Shown: piece by piece, positions 1 to 11,873 of the stretch
How the letters are laid out: every line of letters starts with the position of its first letter
Position numbering within the stretch: the stretch's first letter is position 1
Assembly: GCA_965113315.1 (NCBI GenBank)
Contig: OZ220367.1
Length of the DNA: 64,000 nucleotides
Strand: one strand, 5' to 3'
Source: Podarcis vaucheri
Lineage: Eukaryota
The notes under the pieces: model-generated
What the model was told of the DNA's origin: nothing
Seen by the model: only the letters and a program-made list of their open reading frames with translations
Databases searched by the model: none
Translations under genes and position numbers: made by a program

Positions 1-315
1 GTACCACTGTGTACATTGGGCAGTCCATGTTTTGAGCAAGGACATGCCCCCACCCCATATTTCTAGTGCATGCATATTAAAAGCATTCACTCTTGCCCCC
101 TCAACCTCTCAGTGTTAGTATGAAATTTTCCATGATATCCTAGTGGTAGGGTAGTCTTTAAATAGCGCATGTAATTGAACATTTAGGTGTTGTTCTTGTT
201 GGAAGCCCACTATTAAAAAACACTTGGAAGCCAACATAAAGGGATGGTGTGACTTCCCTGGTAACTTTTGCAACACACCCAACTGCCATAGCTGCTCCTG
301 TGCTGCTCTATACAG

Positions 316-477
316 GTTCACTGTCTCATTCCGAATGTAGCAGCCCCAGCCTGGTAACCCCACCGCAGTCGCCGCTTAACCTGGAGACCTCATCCTTCGC
401 CAGTAGCCAGTTGCAGAACTCACTTTCCACCCTGCCCAGGTGAGCCCAGTGTCTGTAGGGCAACATCAAAAAGACAA
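316..477 (+). pseudogene. DLG5: DLG5-like exon, Ser/Pro-rich linker before PDZ3, frameshifted
   Basis: tacag|GT TCA... reads GSLSHSECSSPSLVTPPQSPLNLETSSFASSQLQNSLSTLPR, then in another frame VSPVSVGQHQKD|gtaagt (human STLPRIAVNPASLGERRKDR). Unshifted frame stops at TGA 441-443. Confidence 0.8.
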
Positions 478-1026
478 GTAAGTTATTCTGTAAATGTCTT
501 AAGTAGGGCTAGTTGAAATAGCAGTTAAATGTGTAAATGGAAAAAAATAGTAAAGGAAAGGGGGTGGGAGAAATGTGCTAAGTACAGAAACTGCTGCCTT
601 TTAGACCAGTAGCCTTCAGCCTTTTTTTCAAGCTGGGACTTGCCTTTGACCCCAATCTGCAAAATTTGACTGATTGTCGCCCACCCCACCGCAGTCCCTG
701 CTATCTGTGCTACCTTTCTGCTCCTCTCTTCCATGTCCCCTGACTGTCCTTGTGCCCCCAATATTTCTGCTTTGCATTCTGCTTTTGTCTGCTAGGGGAG
801 AGCAGCTGATCGCAGAATAAGCAAGATGCCAGTCACTTCAGCTGCTAGCCAGGACCAGGATAGATCTATAGGCAGCAGGGGCAGTCATCCTTAAGCTTTC
901 GGAGCAGGATGTGGATGAAAATCTAAGCACCCATTTAAGTATCTAAATATCTGAAACTGTTTAGATATAATGCAGTTGATCAGCTTTTAATTTTTCTGGT
1001 ATTCTTCTTCCTTCCTCTAACTTGAG

Positions 1027-1191
1027 CTCCCGGCTAGAACCCATGAGCAGCCATTCCATTCCAAAAGGCAGCGGAGCTGCAACCCTTGACAGCCATTCCA
1101 TAACTGATACTGTGAACGAACAGGATGAAGGGATCACAATTCTTCCATCGAAGCAGACCACCCCAGCCACCAGTCCTCGCAATTCAGTCAG
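1027..1191 (+). pseudogene. DLG5: DLG5-like exon, PDZ3-PDZ4 linker
   Basis: Pyrimidine tract + gag|C TCC CGG...; SRLEPMSSHSIPKGSGAATLDSHSITDTVNEQDEGITILPSKQTTPATSPRNSVR; AG|gtaacc donor. Resembles human SHLDPAGTHSTLQGSGTTTPEHPSVIDPLMEQDEG. Confidence 0.8.
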
Positions 1192-1435
1192 GTAACCTGC
1201 TTCCTCATTTTCCCCCTCTCTCTTTCTCTCTCTGCGACTGTGGGGGTGGGCAGCTGCTCTATATTCTAGGCTGATTAAAGGGGAGTAGGGTTGAAAACTG
1301 AGTGCCAGATTTAAAAGCAAGGGCTCCACTTCTACAAGGAGCTTGGTCCTCACTTTGGCCTTCTCCGGGGCCAAGCAATTCAGCACGAGGGAGTGGGAGT
1401 TCACAAGAGGAACACTGAATCTGGATCCATGGTGG

Positions 1436-1915
1436 CAGTGCTATTCTTCTAGAACAGGGGTCTGCAACCCGCGGCTCCGGAGCCGCATGTGGCTCTTTTA
1501 CATCTTTGCTGCGGCTCCGGAGCGGATACTAGCAAGGGGAGGAGGCGCATTGTGCGCCCCGACACTCCTCACTGTGGCGGGCGCTGTACTGGCTGTGACG
1601 TCGCATGTGGGCGGTGCGTGCGTTAGTCACGCACCATCCCGACGTCACCTTCCCGCCCGCTGTCAGATCGTGGCTCTGGAGATATATTTGTTTTAAATGT
1701 CGCAATGGTTTTGCGGCTCCCAGTTGTTGTTTTTTCTTCGGAAATGGGTCCAAGTGGCTCTTTTTGTCTTAAAGGTTGCAGACCCCTGTTCTAGAAAAAC
1801 AGGTGCTGGAACTCACCATGAATGCCTCCCTTATTCTTTTATAATGGCAACAGTGCTCACCTGAGAGGTGCTGGTACTGAGTTCTGGCAAGTTCTGGCTG
1901 GGGGGAAAAGCCCTG
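1436..1915. mobile_element. Non-autonomous hAT-type MITE, interrupted by a second hAT MITE
   Basis: Ends CAGTGCT...AGCCCTG; 8-bp TSD CATGGTGG (1428-1435, 1916-1923). Uninterrupted relatives at 24001 and 25039. Confidence 0.75.
1455..1788. mobile_element. Young hAT MITE
   Basis: Perfect 15-bp TIR CAGGGGTCTGCAACC; 8-bp TSD TTCTAGAA (1447-1454, 1789-1796); CpG-rich. Confidence 0.9.
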
Positions 1916-2141
1916 CATGGTGGAAAGGAGTCGATTCCTTCCTGCCAAATAATGCCACAGAGAACTCAAATTGGGGCAGCTGGGACATCTTTGGGGCCTC
2001 TCTTGCTGAGAGCTGAGAGATAGCAAGGGAACAGGGGTTAAGGGCTGGCTGGAGCTGAGGGTTTGGAGGAGCAGTGTCTGATGAGGATCAGCTTGTCAAA
2101 CAGGCCTTGGGTGTCTTCTCTTCTTCTCTTGTCATTGAAAG

Positions 2142-2325
2142 GAATTCTGTAGACACCAGCAAGAGGACACCTGAACCTAGAACAGTTACCATTAAGAAGT
2201 CACAAGTAGAACTCGGAATCCAGATCAGTGGTGGAAACCTACATGGTATTTTTGTGTCTGATGTAGAAGATGACAGCCCTGCCAAAGGACCTGATGGGCT
2301 GGTGCTTGGAGACATGATACTTGAG
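2142..2325 (+). pseudogene. DLG5: DLG5-like exon, PDZ4 N-terminal half
   Basis: aag|G AAT...; EPRTVTIKKSQVELGIQISGGNLHGIFVSDVEDDSPAKGPDGLVLGDMILE|gtaag. Confidence 0.92.
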
Positions 2326-2991
2326 GTAAGCAGTAGATATAAAAGGAAGGTGGTTGGTGGTTCAAACACTTGCAGAATCTGTGGATGCAAAAACACATCC
2401 ATATTTTCCCCCATGAAAGGGAAAGCAGCTTGGGTTTGTTTGTTTTTTTAGTAGACAAAAGTGGTTAACAAGGAAAGGGGAAATCATCCCCTGTATTCTT
2501 CCTCTTTTCACGCACCCACAGAATAAAATACCACATGGAAAAATAATCATACAACTACATATGATCCGTAGTCTGGCCCTCAAATATTCTAGTGTTGATG
2601 CGGATGGTTTAGATAAGCAGGAAATCTATTAGGTCTTGGCTGGAAAATGTACAAAATTTAAGGTGGAATGTCAGCTGAGACCAGCAAGGATACTTAAGAT
2701 TCAGAGCAGTGATGCTTGGATGAAATATGGCCTAGACATTCTCCAACGAATGACAGTTCTTAAAACTTGTGCTGTCCAGCTGTATTTTTGGATTTGGGTT
2801 GCCATTTCCCCAATTTCCTATTAGCGAAAACGCTGTGTTCTTAATACAATGTGAATGTATTCCCCCTCTTTTGGCATAGTCAGATTCTCTAGTCCCACAT
2901 AACATCATTTTCATTGTTTGGTTTGTTGGACACATGCATCTGATTGGAGATCTCAAGTGTTTTTGTTTCTTCTGCCCCCCCCCCCCCGCAG

Positions 2992-3130
2992 TATGGATCT
3001 GTTGACATGCAGAACAAAACAGCCAAAGAAGCTTATCTTGAAGGTGAAAATGTTAGAATAAAAGCTCAGTATAGAATAGAAGAATTCAACAAGATCAAAG
3101 AGTTACCCGGAGAGGGATTCAGTATGTCAG
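2992..3130 (+). pseudogene. DLG5: DLG5-like exon, PDZ4 C-terminal half, with 12-nt deletion and +2 frameshift
   Basis: cag|YGSVDMQNKTAKEAYLE(MLKP missing)GENVRIKAQYRIEEFNKIKELPGEGF, extra AG, TAT GTC AG|gtatgt. Length 139 nt = 149-12+2. Confidence 0.88.
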
Positions 3131-4288
3131 GTATGTAAAAGTTCAATTGGTAAACTAGGAGACTATTCATCTGCTACAACTGTGGGCTAATTCACACAGA
3201 TATGAGCATCTCTTGAACTTTCAGCACTTGATGGCTTGCAGATGAACATGTAAATGGGCTTCATTGAAAGCATTGTCTACATTGTGTTTGAACTGACTAT
3301 AGGGAACATGACAGCACTGTCTCCAGTGACTTAATCTGCAATGGTTTATTTATACATAAAAGTTGTCACTTGATTCTATAGTCAACAGAAGCGAGCACAC
3401 ATCCCACTTTTATGAATACAGCTCAAGAGCACGCCTACAAAATTGGCATCAAAAGTTCAGTCACAATAAGGCAAACTGTATTTATGGTGATTCCATACTT
3501 TTCAGCAAATTTAATAATCTCCCCTTAATTACCTGAAGGATGGATATCCTATGATTAGGGAAGTGGGCCTTAGGCCCAGCACAGCCATGTTAAGGATTCT
3601 TGAATGATTCCATAGCCTGTAAAATTGAATGTTATTAATCTACCTCCCAGAGATTTGTGAAGATGACTAAGTATCAGACAGAGCACTTCCTTAAAAAAAG
3701 AGAAAAAGATAAGTGAGCCAGCAGTTTTCTGGTTCAAAGCTTATCTCAGTCATGAACTCCTTGAATAGCCTTAAGTAATTTTAGGCACACAATTAAATAA
3801 CATATGTTTAATAATATAAACTATTGAAGAAACTAAGTAAAATTCCCAGCCTCTGTCCCCCACCAGGGTCTGTGATATTTTGCTGGACTGCCTTTTAACA
3901 GATAGCTCTAATGTGAAGCACATGGGTACAATAATAGAATCGTAGAATTGTGGAGTTGAAAAGGAACCCTAAGGATCATATAGTCCAGCCCCCTGCAATG
4001 CGGGAATATGCAGCTTTCTCAAATCATAAAACGAAAAACAAGCAACAATCACAAAAAGCCATAAAAACGCAAAAAATAGCAAAAACAAAAGCACCAAAAA
4101 TCACCTCAGAACACTGCAATCAGAAATGGAAGGCTTTAATGATGATGGGGTGGATTCAGATGAGTGGTACAAGGGCAGAAGAGGGAGGGGGAAAAAAGGC
4201 TTAATTATGATGGGGGGGGGGCGACCCAAATGAACAGTGCAAGGGCAGAAACAGGAAGAAAATAGGGGGGGAGGAAGGGAAAGGAGAA

Positions 4289-4386
4289 TGTTAGCCGCTT
4301 TGAGACTCCTGAAGGGGAGTGAAAGGTGGGATATCAAATCCAAACTCTTCTTCTTCTTCTTCTTCTTCTTCTTCTTCTTCTTCTTC
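4289..4386 (+). mobile_element. LINE 3' tail (L2-type) ending in (TTC)n
   Basis: gttagccgctttgagactcc...gggatatcaaatccaaact followed by (TTC)n at 4347-4386. Confidence 0.5.
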
Positions 4387-4679
4387 ATTACAATCGGGGG
4401 GGGGGGATTCAGATGAATGGCACAAGGGCAGAAGAGGGAGGGGGAAAGGCTTAATTACGATCGGGGGGACTCAAATGCACAGTGCAAGGGTAGAAGCGGG
4501 AAGAGTAAAGGCTTAATTACTATGCAAGTGACTGAAATTTGCTACGCAACAGTAAAAACAGAAGCTCATGGACCCCGTTTGGGTTCCAGGGCAAAGTTTG
4601 AAAACAGGAACACCTACTTCCGGGTTTGCAGCGTTCGGGTTCCAAGTTGTTCGGAAACTGAGGAAGGGGCAAGCGGAAT

Positions 4680-4995
4680 ATAAAATGGAAGAATGGTATA
4701 AAGAGATGAGGGATATTGCTATTAATGATAAATTAACACGTGCCATTAAGGTAAGACAGGAAATATGTAGGAGAAATGATTTGAGGAGATATGGAGGGTG
4801 TTTGCAGAATTTGTACTGTTAAAATGGGAAGGGGTCAAACCATTGCAAGAGGTGCTGAAATTTTGGGACATTGGATAGTTACAATGGAATGGTCTCGGGG
4901 GTGGGGTGCACATTTTTATTCTTATTTATTTATGATTATTATTTTGTCAAAAAAATAAAGAAAAATAAAATTTAAAAAACTAAATAAAATAAAAA
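4680..4995 (+). mobile_element. Degraded L1-like ORF2 C-terminus and 3' tail
   Basis: EEWYKEMRDIAINDKLT... resembles L1 ORF2 ends and is followed by an A-rich tail. Confidence 0.45.
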
Positions 4996-5023
4996 GGGTC
5001 TCTTTATTTCTCTCTTTTTGCAG

Positions 5024-5194
5024 GCCACTTTATGACCGGATGGCAGAAGTGGAGCAGGACTTGAGCTTCAAGAAGGATGACATTTTGTATGTCGATGACA
5101 CTCTGCCGCAGGGGAACTTTGGCTGCTGGATGGCGTGGCAGCTGGATGAAAACGCCCAAAAGCTGGAAAGAGGACAGATTCCCAGCAAATACAT
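5024..5194 (+). pseudogene. DLG5: DLG5-like exon, SH3 domain
   Basis: cag|G PLYDRMAEVEQDLSFKKDDILYVDDTLPQGNFGCWMAWQLDENAQKLERGQIPSKY AT|gtaatt. The ALYD motif reads PLYD. Confidence 0.92.
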
Positions 5195-6393
5195 GTAATT
5201 AAATCTCTGAGATACAAATGGCGTTTGCCTCATTGCTAAAAGCGGGCAGTTACGATGAATTATGAACAAAAGCCAAACGTTTTGTTCTTCAAAGCCTTGC
5301 TGTTAATGTTGGAGGGGGTATTGAGTTTCCCAGTAAAGTTACTTGAGAGAGGTGGCATGTTTTAATAACTCTCAATTAAAGAAACTATTCCGTCAAGTCA
5401 TTTTTAGTGCTACTGATGGTTGCCTACTTCCTAAAAATGGAAAGGACTTTGTTTTTGTGCTTTTATTCTGGGACAGCCTAAGTGGCTTCCCGTCGTCATG
5501 CCGCAGCACTTTTAGACAGGGATGGATGGCATCCATATTTAATTTTGGTCCGTGGGTTGGAACATAAGAGAACACCACATTTTCCCCTTTAATCCACCAA
5601 ATTAATGCTTGCTTTTTAATAAAGATCAAGGAGATTAAGATCAAGGGGCAGAATTGGTCACTGCTGCCTCAGCTAAGATCCTGATGTCATGGTGTATATG
5701 CAGCCAATTGGTAGAGGGGGATGTCCCTCATTCTGGCTGCCAGCTTATACTTTTTTTGGTTTTCACTCACTCTCAGGTCTTTGACTTGATCATATCATTC
5801 TCTTTCTCCCTCTTTGCAATAGCATTTCACCAACCTTCTCACTTCATTTCCCTCCTTGGAAACTGTAGAAACCTTGTAGAAACCTTGGAACTGTAGAATC
5901 ATGGGGTTCTAGTGTGGCCATACCTGCTCTCCTCTTTTGTATGGGACTCCATTATTCTTACTATTTTTTAATTCTTCACTTTGTGCTTCAAGTTTCTATA
6001 CCTACCCACTTAGATGACCACCACACACTGAACAGAAGCTCATTATTTGACTTAGGTTGGGCATCTGAGGTTGGGCTCATGGTTTGGCTTCCTCCAGACA
6101 AACCATGAGCAGGGAGTCTTAATTACAGCTCATGGTTTGTCTATAGTGAGACATGCCACAAGCCTAGGTTGGGTGCAGAGGCCATAGTCTTCACCCCAGG
6201 AATCCTCATGTTTGTTCGATTGTGGTAAGTCATGGCTTGGGTTAGCTCAGAACTGAACTTTCATCCTCAAGTCAACTACAGATGACCTCATAGTGAGGCT
6301 TGTCTCAAGATCCATTGTTGGTTTTACTGCTACCTGTATTCTGTTCAAGAGCATTTCAGATTTTGCCCGATTAAGCCCACAATCTCTTTGCAG

Positions 6394-6592
6394 GATGGAG
6401 CAGGAGTTCTACAGGAGGCACAGCATATCCGAAGCTAAAGATGAAAACAGCTCTGCAAAGACATCATCGGCGGCAGCAGCTCGGAGGTCGTTCTTTAGAA
6501 GGAAGCACAAGCACAAACGTAGCGGGTCCAAAGATGGAAAGGAACTGCTAGCCCTTGACACCATCAGCACAGACTCCACCCTTTTTTGGATG
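6394..6592 (+). pseudogene. DLG5: DLG5-like exon, hook region, with -1 frameshift and GC donor
   Basis: cag|G MEQEFYRRHSISEAKDENSSAKTSSAAAARRSFFRRKHKHKRSGSKDGKELLALDTISTDS, then A-C CCT TTT TTG GAT G|gcaagt (IPFLD with one base lost). Confidence 0.88.
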
Positions 6593-7147
6593 GCAAGTGT
6601 CTTAACCGAATTTGCTTAGCCCAAAACAAAATTATCTAGGTTTATTTGCACATTAGTAAAGAGGGCGTATGACTTTGGGTTTCAGAACAAAACAAAACAG
6701 AGGAGTTGAGGCAAGGGTGAGCGGGGGAGACTCAGCCTGCCGTATCCACTGCATGTTCAAAGTTGTTCAGGGCCAGCCAAATGCCATGTATCCCATGTCC
6801 CACTCTCTCACACATTTAATCTTTTACATACAAGACTGATTAGCATGTCCCATAACCCTTCTTAAAGTATATTTCCACATGTCCCTATAAATCTGCTATT
6901 AACAGTAGCTAAGGAGTAGGGATTTGGATTATTAGCTATAGAATGTGGAGTTTCTCCAGTTGTTCCCAATTATCTTTTTCTGTATTACCTGTTCAGGCTT
7001 TTTTTTTTTTTTAATTCAGATTCACAATTTTCAGACAGCGACTGTCCCACACCTCAATTACCTTTACTATCATGGGCCCTTGAGCTGTTGCATTCTTTTA
7101 TTTATTTATTTTCCTGATCATGCAAGCAACTCTCCATTTCTCTCCAG

Positions 7148-7291
7148 ATTCTGTAAACCTTGCTTATCAACGAGTCCAGAAAGTGGACTGCACGTCTCCC
7201 AGGCCTGTGCTTATTCTAGGGCCATTACTTGATGCTGTGAAGGACATGCTAGTCAAGGAATCTCCAGGAAAATTTTGCCGGTGTCCTCTAG
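7148..7291 (+). pseudogene. DLG5: DLG5-like exon, start of GUK
   Basis: cag|AT SVNLAYQRVQKVDCTSPRPVLILGPLLDAVKDMLVKESPGKFCRCPL G|gtaaat; 144 nt, open. Confidence 0.92.
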
Positions 7292-7993
7292 GTAAATATG
7301 CCAGCACTTGAAGGTCCTGTAGTAACCAAAAGTTGGTCTCCAGAGGGAGCAGTAGAAAAACAATGGTTGCTTAGGTGTTATGGGTAATTCAGGTGACACA
7401 CACCCTCTATCGGCAAGAATTCCCTTCTAAAATACCTCTTTTCCTTTGCCCATTTGGCCATTGTGCTGCTCTGCGTTCTCAGGTATTCTTTCCTCCTCTC
7501 CCTCTTCAGCTTATAATTCTTCCCTCCCTCTTTCCTCTAAGTCTCTTCTCCTTACTGTACTATTCTCCCCTACAGCACACAGAGGAAACAAACCACAATA
7601 CCCAGTTTAGTGTTACCTCTGAACCAAAGATTGTTGTTGTTTTTCACTCCCAACAAACTTGGATCAGTAATCTAAGAACAAGCATGGGCTATGTATTGTT
7701 GGGAGGGAAACAAACGATCCCTGGTTTGGGACGGAGTAGTTGATCCAAGAGTCGTGTTTTGTTTCTTTCCAGTGTGTATAGGGAAGAGACAGGCCAGAAA
7801 AACTCAATTGTGGGAAATTGCTAAATATGAGTTGTGAACAACGCCATTACCTTCTTGTTTTCAATTCAAAAGGAAAGTAAATACAAGCCACGATGGCAAT
7901 CATCAGCCAAGGTACAAGTGCTGCTTCACGCTCCTGGTTAAGCAGAAGTACCGAGTGATGGTGCAGCGTTTAGCATCACGGTCTCCCTTCCCT

Positions 7994-8346
7994 GGGACGT
8001 GGGTGGCGCTGTGGGTTAAACAACAGAGCCTAGGACTTGCTGATCGGAAGGTCGGCAGTTTGAATCCCCGCGACGGGGTGAGCCTCTGTTGCTTGGTCCC
8101 TGCTCTTGCCAACCTAGCAGTTCGAAAGCACATCAAAGTGCAAGTAGATAAATAGGAACCGCTCCAGCAGGAAGGTAAACGGCGTTTCCGTGCGCTGCTC
8201 TGGTTCGCCAGAAGCGGCTTAGTCATGCTGGCCACATGACCCGGAAGCTGTATGCCGGCTCCCTTGGCCAGTAAAGCGAGATGAGCACCGCAACCCCAGA
8301 GTCGGCCACGACTGGACCTAATGGTCAGGGGTCCCTTTACCTTTAC
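7994..8346 (+). mobile_element. Sauria SINE, full length
   Basis: tRNA-like head (GGTGGCGCTGTGGG...GTTTGAATCC), (ACCTTT)n tail, TSD CTCCCTTCCCT. Confidence 0.9.
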
Positions 8347-8956
8347 CTCCCTTCCCTCCTGTGTAATTTATTAAACTCTTTATCTGCTTGCTCCTTTGGG
8401 GAGAGCGTTTCCTGACAGCTATGCATGCAGCCTGGAAATCCTCATTTGACAGCACGGACTTATTAAACAGTTGTCCCGGCCTGGATTTATTAAAGCATGG
8501 GTTTATGAAGCAGTTGTCATGCTACAGAGCCAACTGGGCAACTGCTGCAACAGCCTCCTTGCTTCCCCCCAAGACTGTGTGTCTTGCATGAGGCAGGAGA
8601 GATGCCAACAGTGCTGCCCCCCCCCCCGGCATTCTCTCTCCTTTCTCCCGGCCGCAATGTAACATCCCTCTACCCTGCCCCATTCTAGAAGGGGGGAAAA
8701 CATCATGGTATTAGCTTGTGCAAATATTGCATTGTGGAGATGTGCAGCTGTGGGTGCATATTCCTTGATGATCCAGTTAAACCCTTCAGTAGATGTAAGG
8801 CCAAATGATTGCTTTTAACTGGTTTAAATATTAGCGTGCTTTATATATATACTGTACGTGTGCAAAGGAAAACTTGGGTCTGAAGCATCCGAATGCTGCC
8901 TTCCTGTGAAAGTAAAAATGAATAAACCATTCTTTGTTTTTGTTCTTCCAAAACAG

Positions 8957-9084
8957 AAGTGATGAAAGCTTCTCAACAAGCCATCGAGTGGAGTGTGAAA
9001 GACTGTTTATTCATAGATTATAAATGTAGGAGTGGACATTTCGATGTGACAACTGTTGCCTCAGTAAAGGAGATAACAGAGAAG
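8957..9084 (+). pseudogene. DLG5: DLG5-like exon, GUK
   Basis: cag|AA VMKASQQAIEWSVKDCLFIDYKCRSGHFDVTTVASVKEITEK|gtactt. Confidence 0.92.
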
Positions 9085-11483
9085 GTACTTCTCTTTCTCT
9101 TTCTCTCTCTCTCTCTCTCTCTGGTAGCTTTATTTTTTCCTCTTAAAAAAGGCACCCACTCACAGTTCTGCTGTAGCTAAACTAGTTTGGGCCTGCCAGC
9201 TTCTCTAGTGGGAGACAGTCTGGAACCACACAAAAACTTACCTGAACTCTTTGGAGACGAGGCAACGCACAAGCAGATAGAAATACAGCCCTTTCCCAAT
9301 TATGTTTACTTTCTTATATTTAAAAACTGGATTGATGTGCTGTTTTGATTCTGTAATCCCTAGATTAAAGTGGCTAAGTAGGTGAGCCAGCAAGTCTTGT
9401 GTTCGAGTCTAACCTCGGGTGTTGTTGACTTCCAGAGCACATGGCAGTAACTTTCCATGGCACACTGGACAGAATGAAGAACTTACTATCCCTGTTCTTC
9501 AGCTTACACTTCATGGGCCAAATCTGATGCAACATGGCAGCCAATATTATCATTATTTAACAACACTTACATAGTGTGGGATTGTAATAAACCTCAAAGC
9601 CATTTGTTGTTCGCATGCAATTTACATGTGGCCCTTCATCGTAAGATCAGTGTGGTTCACGGAATAAAATACAAGATAAAAACAAGTAAATAAGTAAATC
9701 AGAACAGTAAAACAATACCCCCCTTCCCACAGATACAATTAAAAGGCAGTAGAATATTAATCTCAGGTGAGGAGTGGGAGGTTTCTGCTGCTTCTTTCAG
9801 GAAGAGCACCCATCCAAGCTCCCCACCTCCTCTCCCCATGTCCCATTGCTACAGGAACTTTTATCTCAGGCCAGCTCTGCTACTGGCAGTAAACCAAGCT
9901 GATGAGAAAAGTGCTTTTAGGCCATTTGGAAGTTTCAGGTCTGCTCACCTGAGCGCAACTTCCATGGTAAAAAAGCATGCCCTGCCCGCCCCACTAATGG
10001 AGACGTATGTTTAAAGAAGAACGTGCCGCTTGCCTCCATCACAACTAGCTTGGGCCTAAGTAAATTTGCTGTGGTGTTCAGGTTCTGCATTTGGACATCC
10101 CAAAGGCATCTGGCTGGTCACTGCGAGACGCTGGGCCTTTGGTCCAGCAGGCTCCCCTTCCGTTGTTAACTGGGCAGATAGGAAAGACGGCTTGGGGAGA
10201 GGCAGGTTTGAGAATATTAGGCCGGTGATGAGTGTAAAGTCAGGTGTTTGCACTTCCTGGCTCCTTCTGTTGGTATATTTAAATATTACAGGAACTGTAA
10301 GAGAGAGATAGAAGACACAGTGATGGTGGTGGAGGGGTGGAAATTGAAGGATAGCCAAGCGAGAGAGTGAGAAGTCGCATGGGGGAAGCAAAAAGTACAG
10401 AAATGCAGAGCGTGAATAGGAATGCAACCAGAATGGTGTCTCAGAGCAGTGCTAAAAACAGAGCTATGCTATATAAATAATATATGCTTGGTAAAGGGTG
10501 GGGTTTTTTCCATATGAGGTCTACAGATTTGCATTGGATTATATTCATATATAATCATTTGTGGCTACTTTTTTAATGCTTTTAAAATGCCTCGAGGCCA
10601 AGGTGTACTGTACAATAATTGCATTAAGAACAGGCTCCCGGGATTTGCAAAGAAAAGTAAGGCAGTTAGGAAGGGAACAGGGAGAAGGCGGGTCAGCACC
10701 ATAGAAGCTGTTTAAACCAGGGGTAGCCAGGAAGGGGCCCGTCGGATGTTCCCTGCCAGCATGATATTTAAACCCTTGCAAGGAGGGAGAGGTGCAAAAG
10801 TCAGGAGACATTGGAGAGAGAATGAAGACGTGAAAATTGAACAAGTACCCCAAGGTTTTGGCAAGATGAAACTGCCAGTGCAGGAGAGGGAAAAGAGAGG
10901 GAAGAGATCTCCGTACAGAAGAAGTAACTTTGAAAAGTGGCTCTGATAAGAAAACAGGAATCCAGGCCCAGGTGGAGTGACAGAGGCAAGCCAGCTTTGG
11001 GAGCCAAGTGGCAACCACTGGGCTTTGTGGGGCAGCTGCACTCACACTCCATATATCCACCTTGCACAACAATTTTCAACGCTTGCTTCCTTACAATCAT
11101 GGTTCATAAAAGATAACTGAAATTTAGGATTTTAAGCAACATTTATAAATGATGTTTCCTATATATAAAGGTTTTGGACAGGCATCCAGTGCCCTAAGGG
11201 TGCTTTCTGGTCACAGTTGACAGCACTGCCGCCTCTGTGTAGGTGGCTGTTGATCATGGCAGATTGCCTTGCCAGTTGCAGCAGATCAAAGGTTAGCTGC
11301 TCCTGCTGCTGAAGTGTATCAAGCAACCTTCCTATACTGGACACCAGATGGCGCTCTGCACACACCATTGTATATCTCTGCTGATTAAAACGGGCTGCAA
11401 ATCTGTTTAGCTCCCTAATGGTTTGCCTTGTGTCCCCTGAAAAATTAAGCATTTAACGAGCTTTTTCTACATTTCTATGTTAG

Positions 11484-11593
11484 AGAGCAAAAAGACCCTG
11501 TCTTTCTGAGGGACAAAGTTACTCAGAAACATTCCAAATAACAGTTTGAGACTGCTAAGAAGATAGAACAGGAATATAACAAGTACTTCACAG
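11484..11593 (+). pseudogene. DLG5: DLG5-like penultimate exon with premature stop
   Basis: tag|A EQKDPVFLRDKVTQKHSK*QFETAKKIEQEYNKYFT G|gtttgt; TAA 11539-11541 replaces Glu. Confidence 0.9.
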
Positions 11594-11664
11594 GTTTGTA
11601 TGCCAAAGGAAACAATAGCAAAGTGGAAGGCCGGCTTCTGATTCCTCTAGCTGGGTTGTGTTTA

Positions 11665-11873
11665 CAGTGGTACCTCGGGTTAAGTAGTTAATTTGTTCTG
11701 GAGGTCCGTTCTTAACCTGAAGCACCACTTTAGCTAATGGGGCCTCCTGCTGCTGCTGCGCTGCCAGAGCACGATTTCTGTTCTCATCCTGAGGCAAAGT
11801 TCTTAACCCGAGGTACTATTTTTGGGTTAGCTGAGTCTGTAACCTGAAGCGTATGTAACCCGAGGTACCACTG
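11665..11873. mobile_element. Tc1/mariner (Tigger-like) MITE
   Basis: TIR CAGTGGTACCTCGGGTTA, TA TSD. Confidence 0.88.

Noticed and set aside
11033-11062. QLHSHSIYP resembling the missing GUK exon (RLH..HIYP)
   Set aside because: Flanks do not match HCLLDIAPHAIE or IVIFI, and there are no suitable splice sites.
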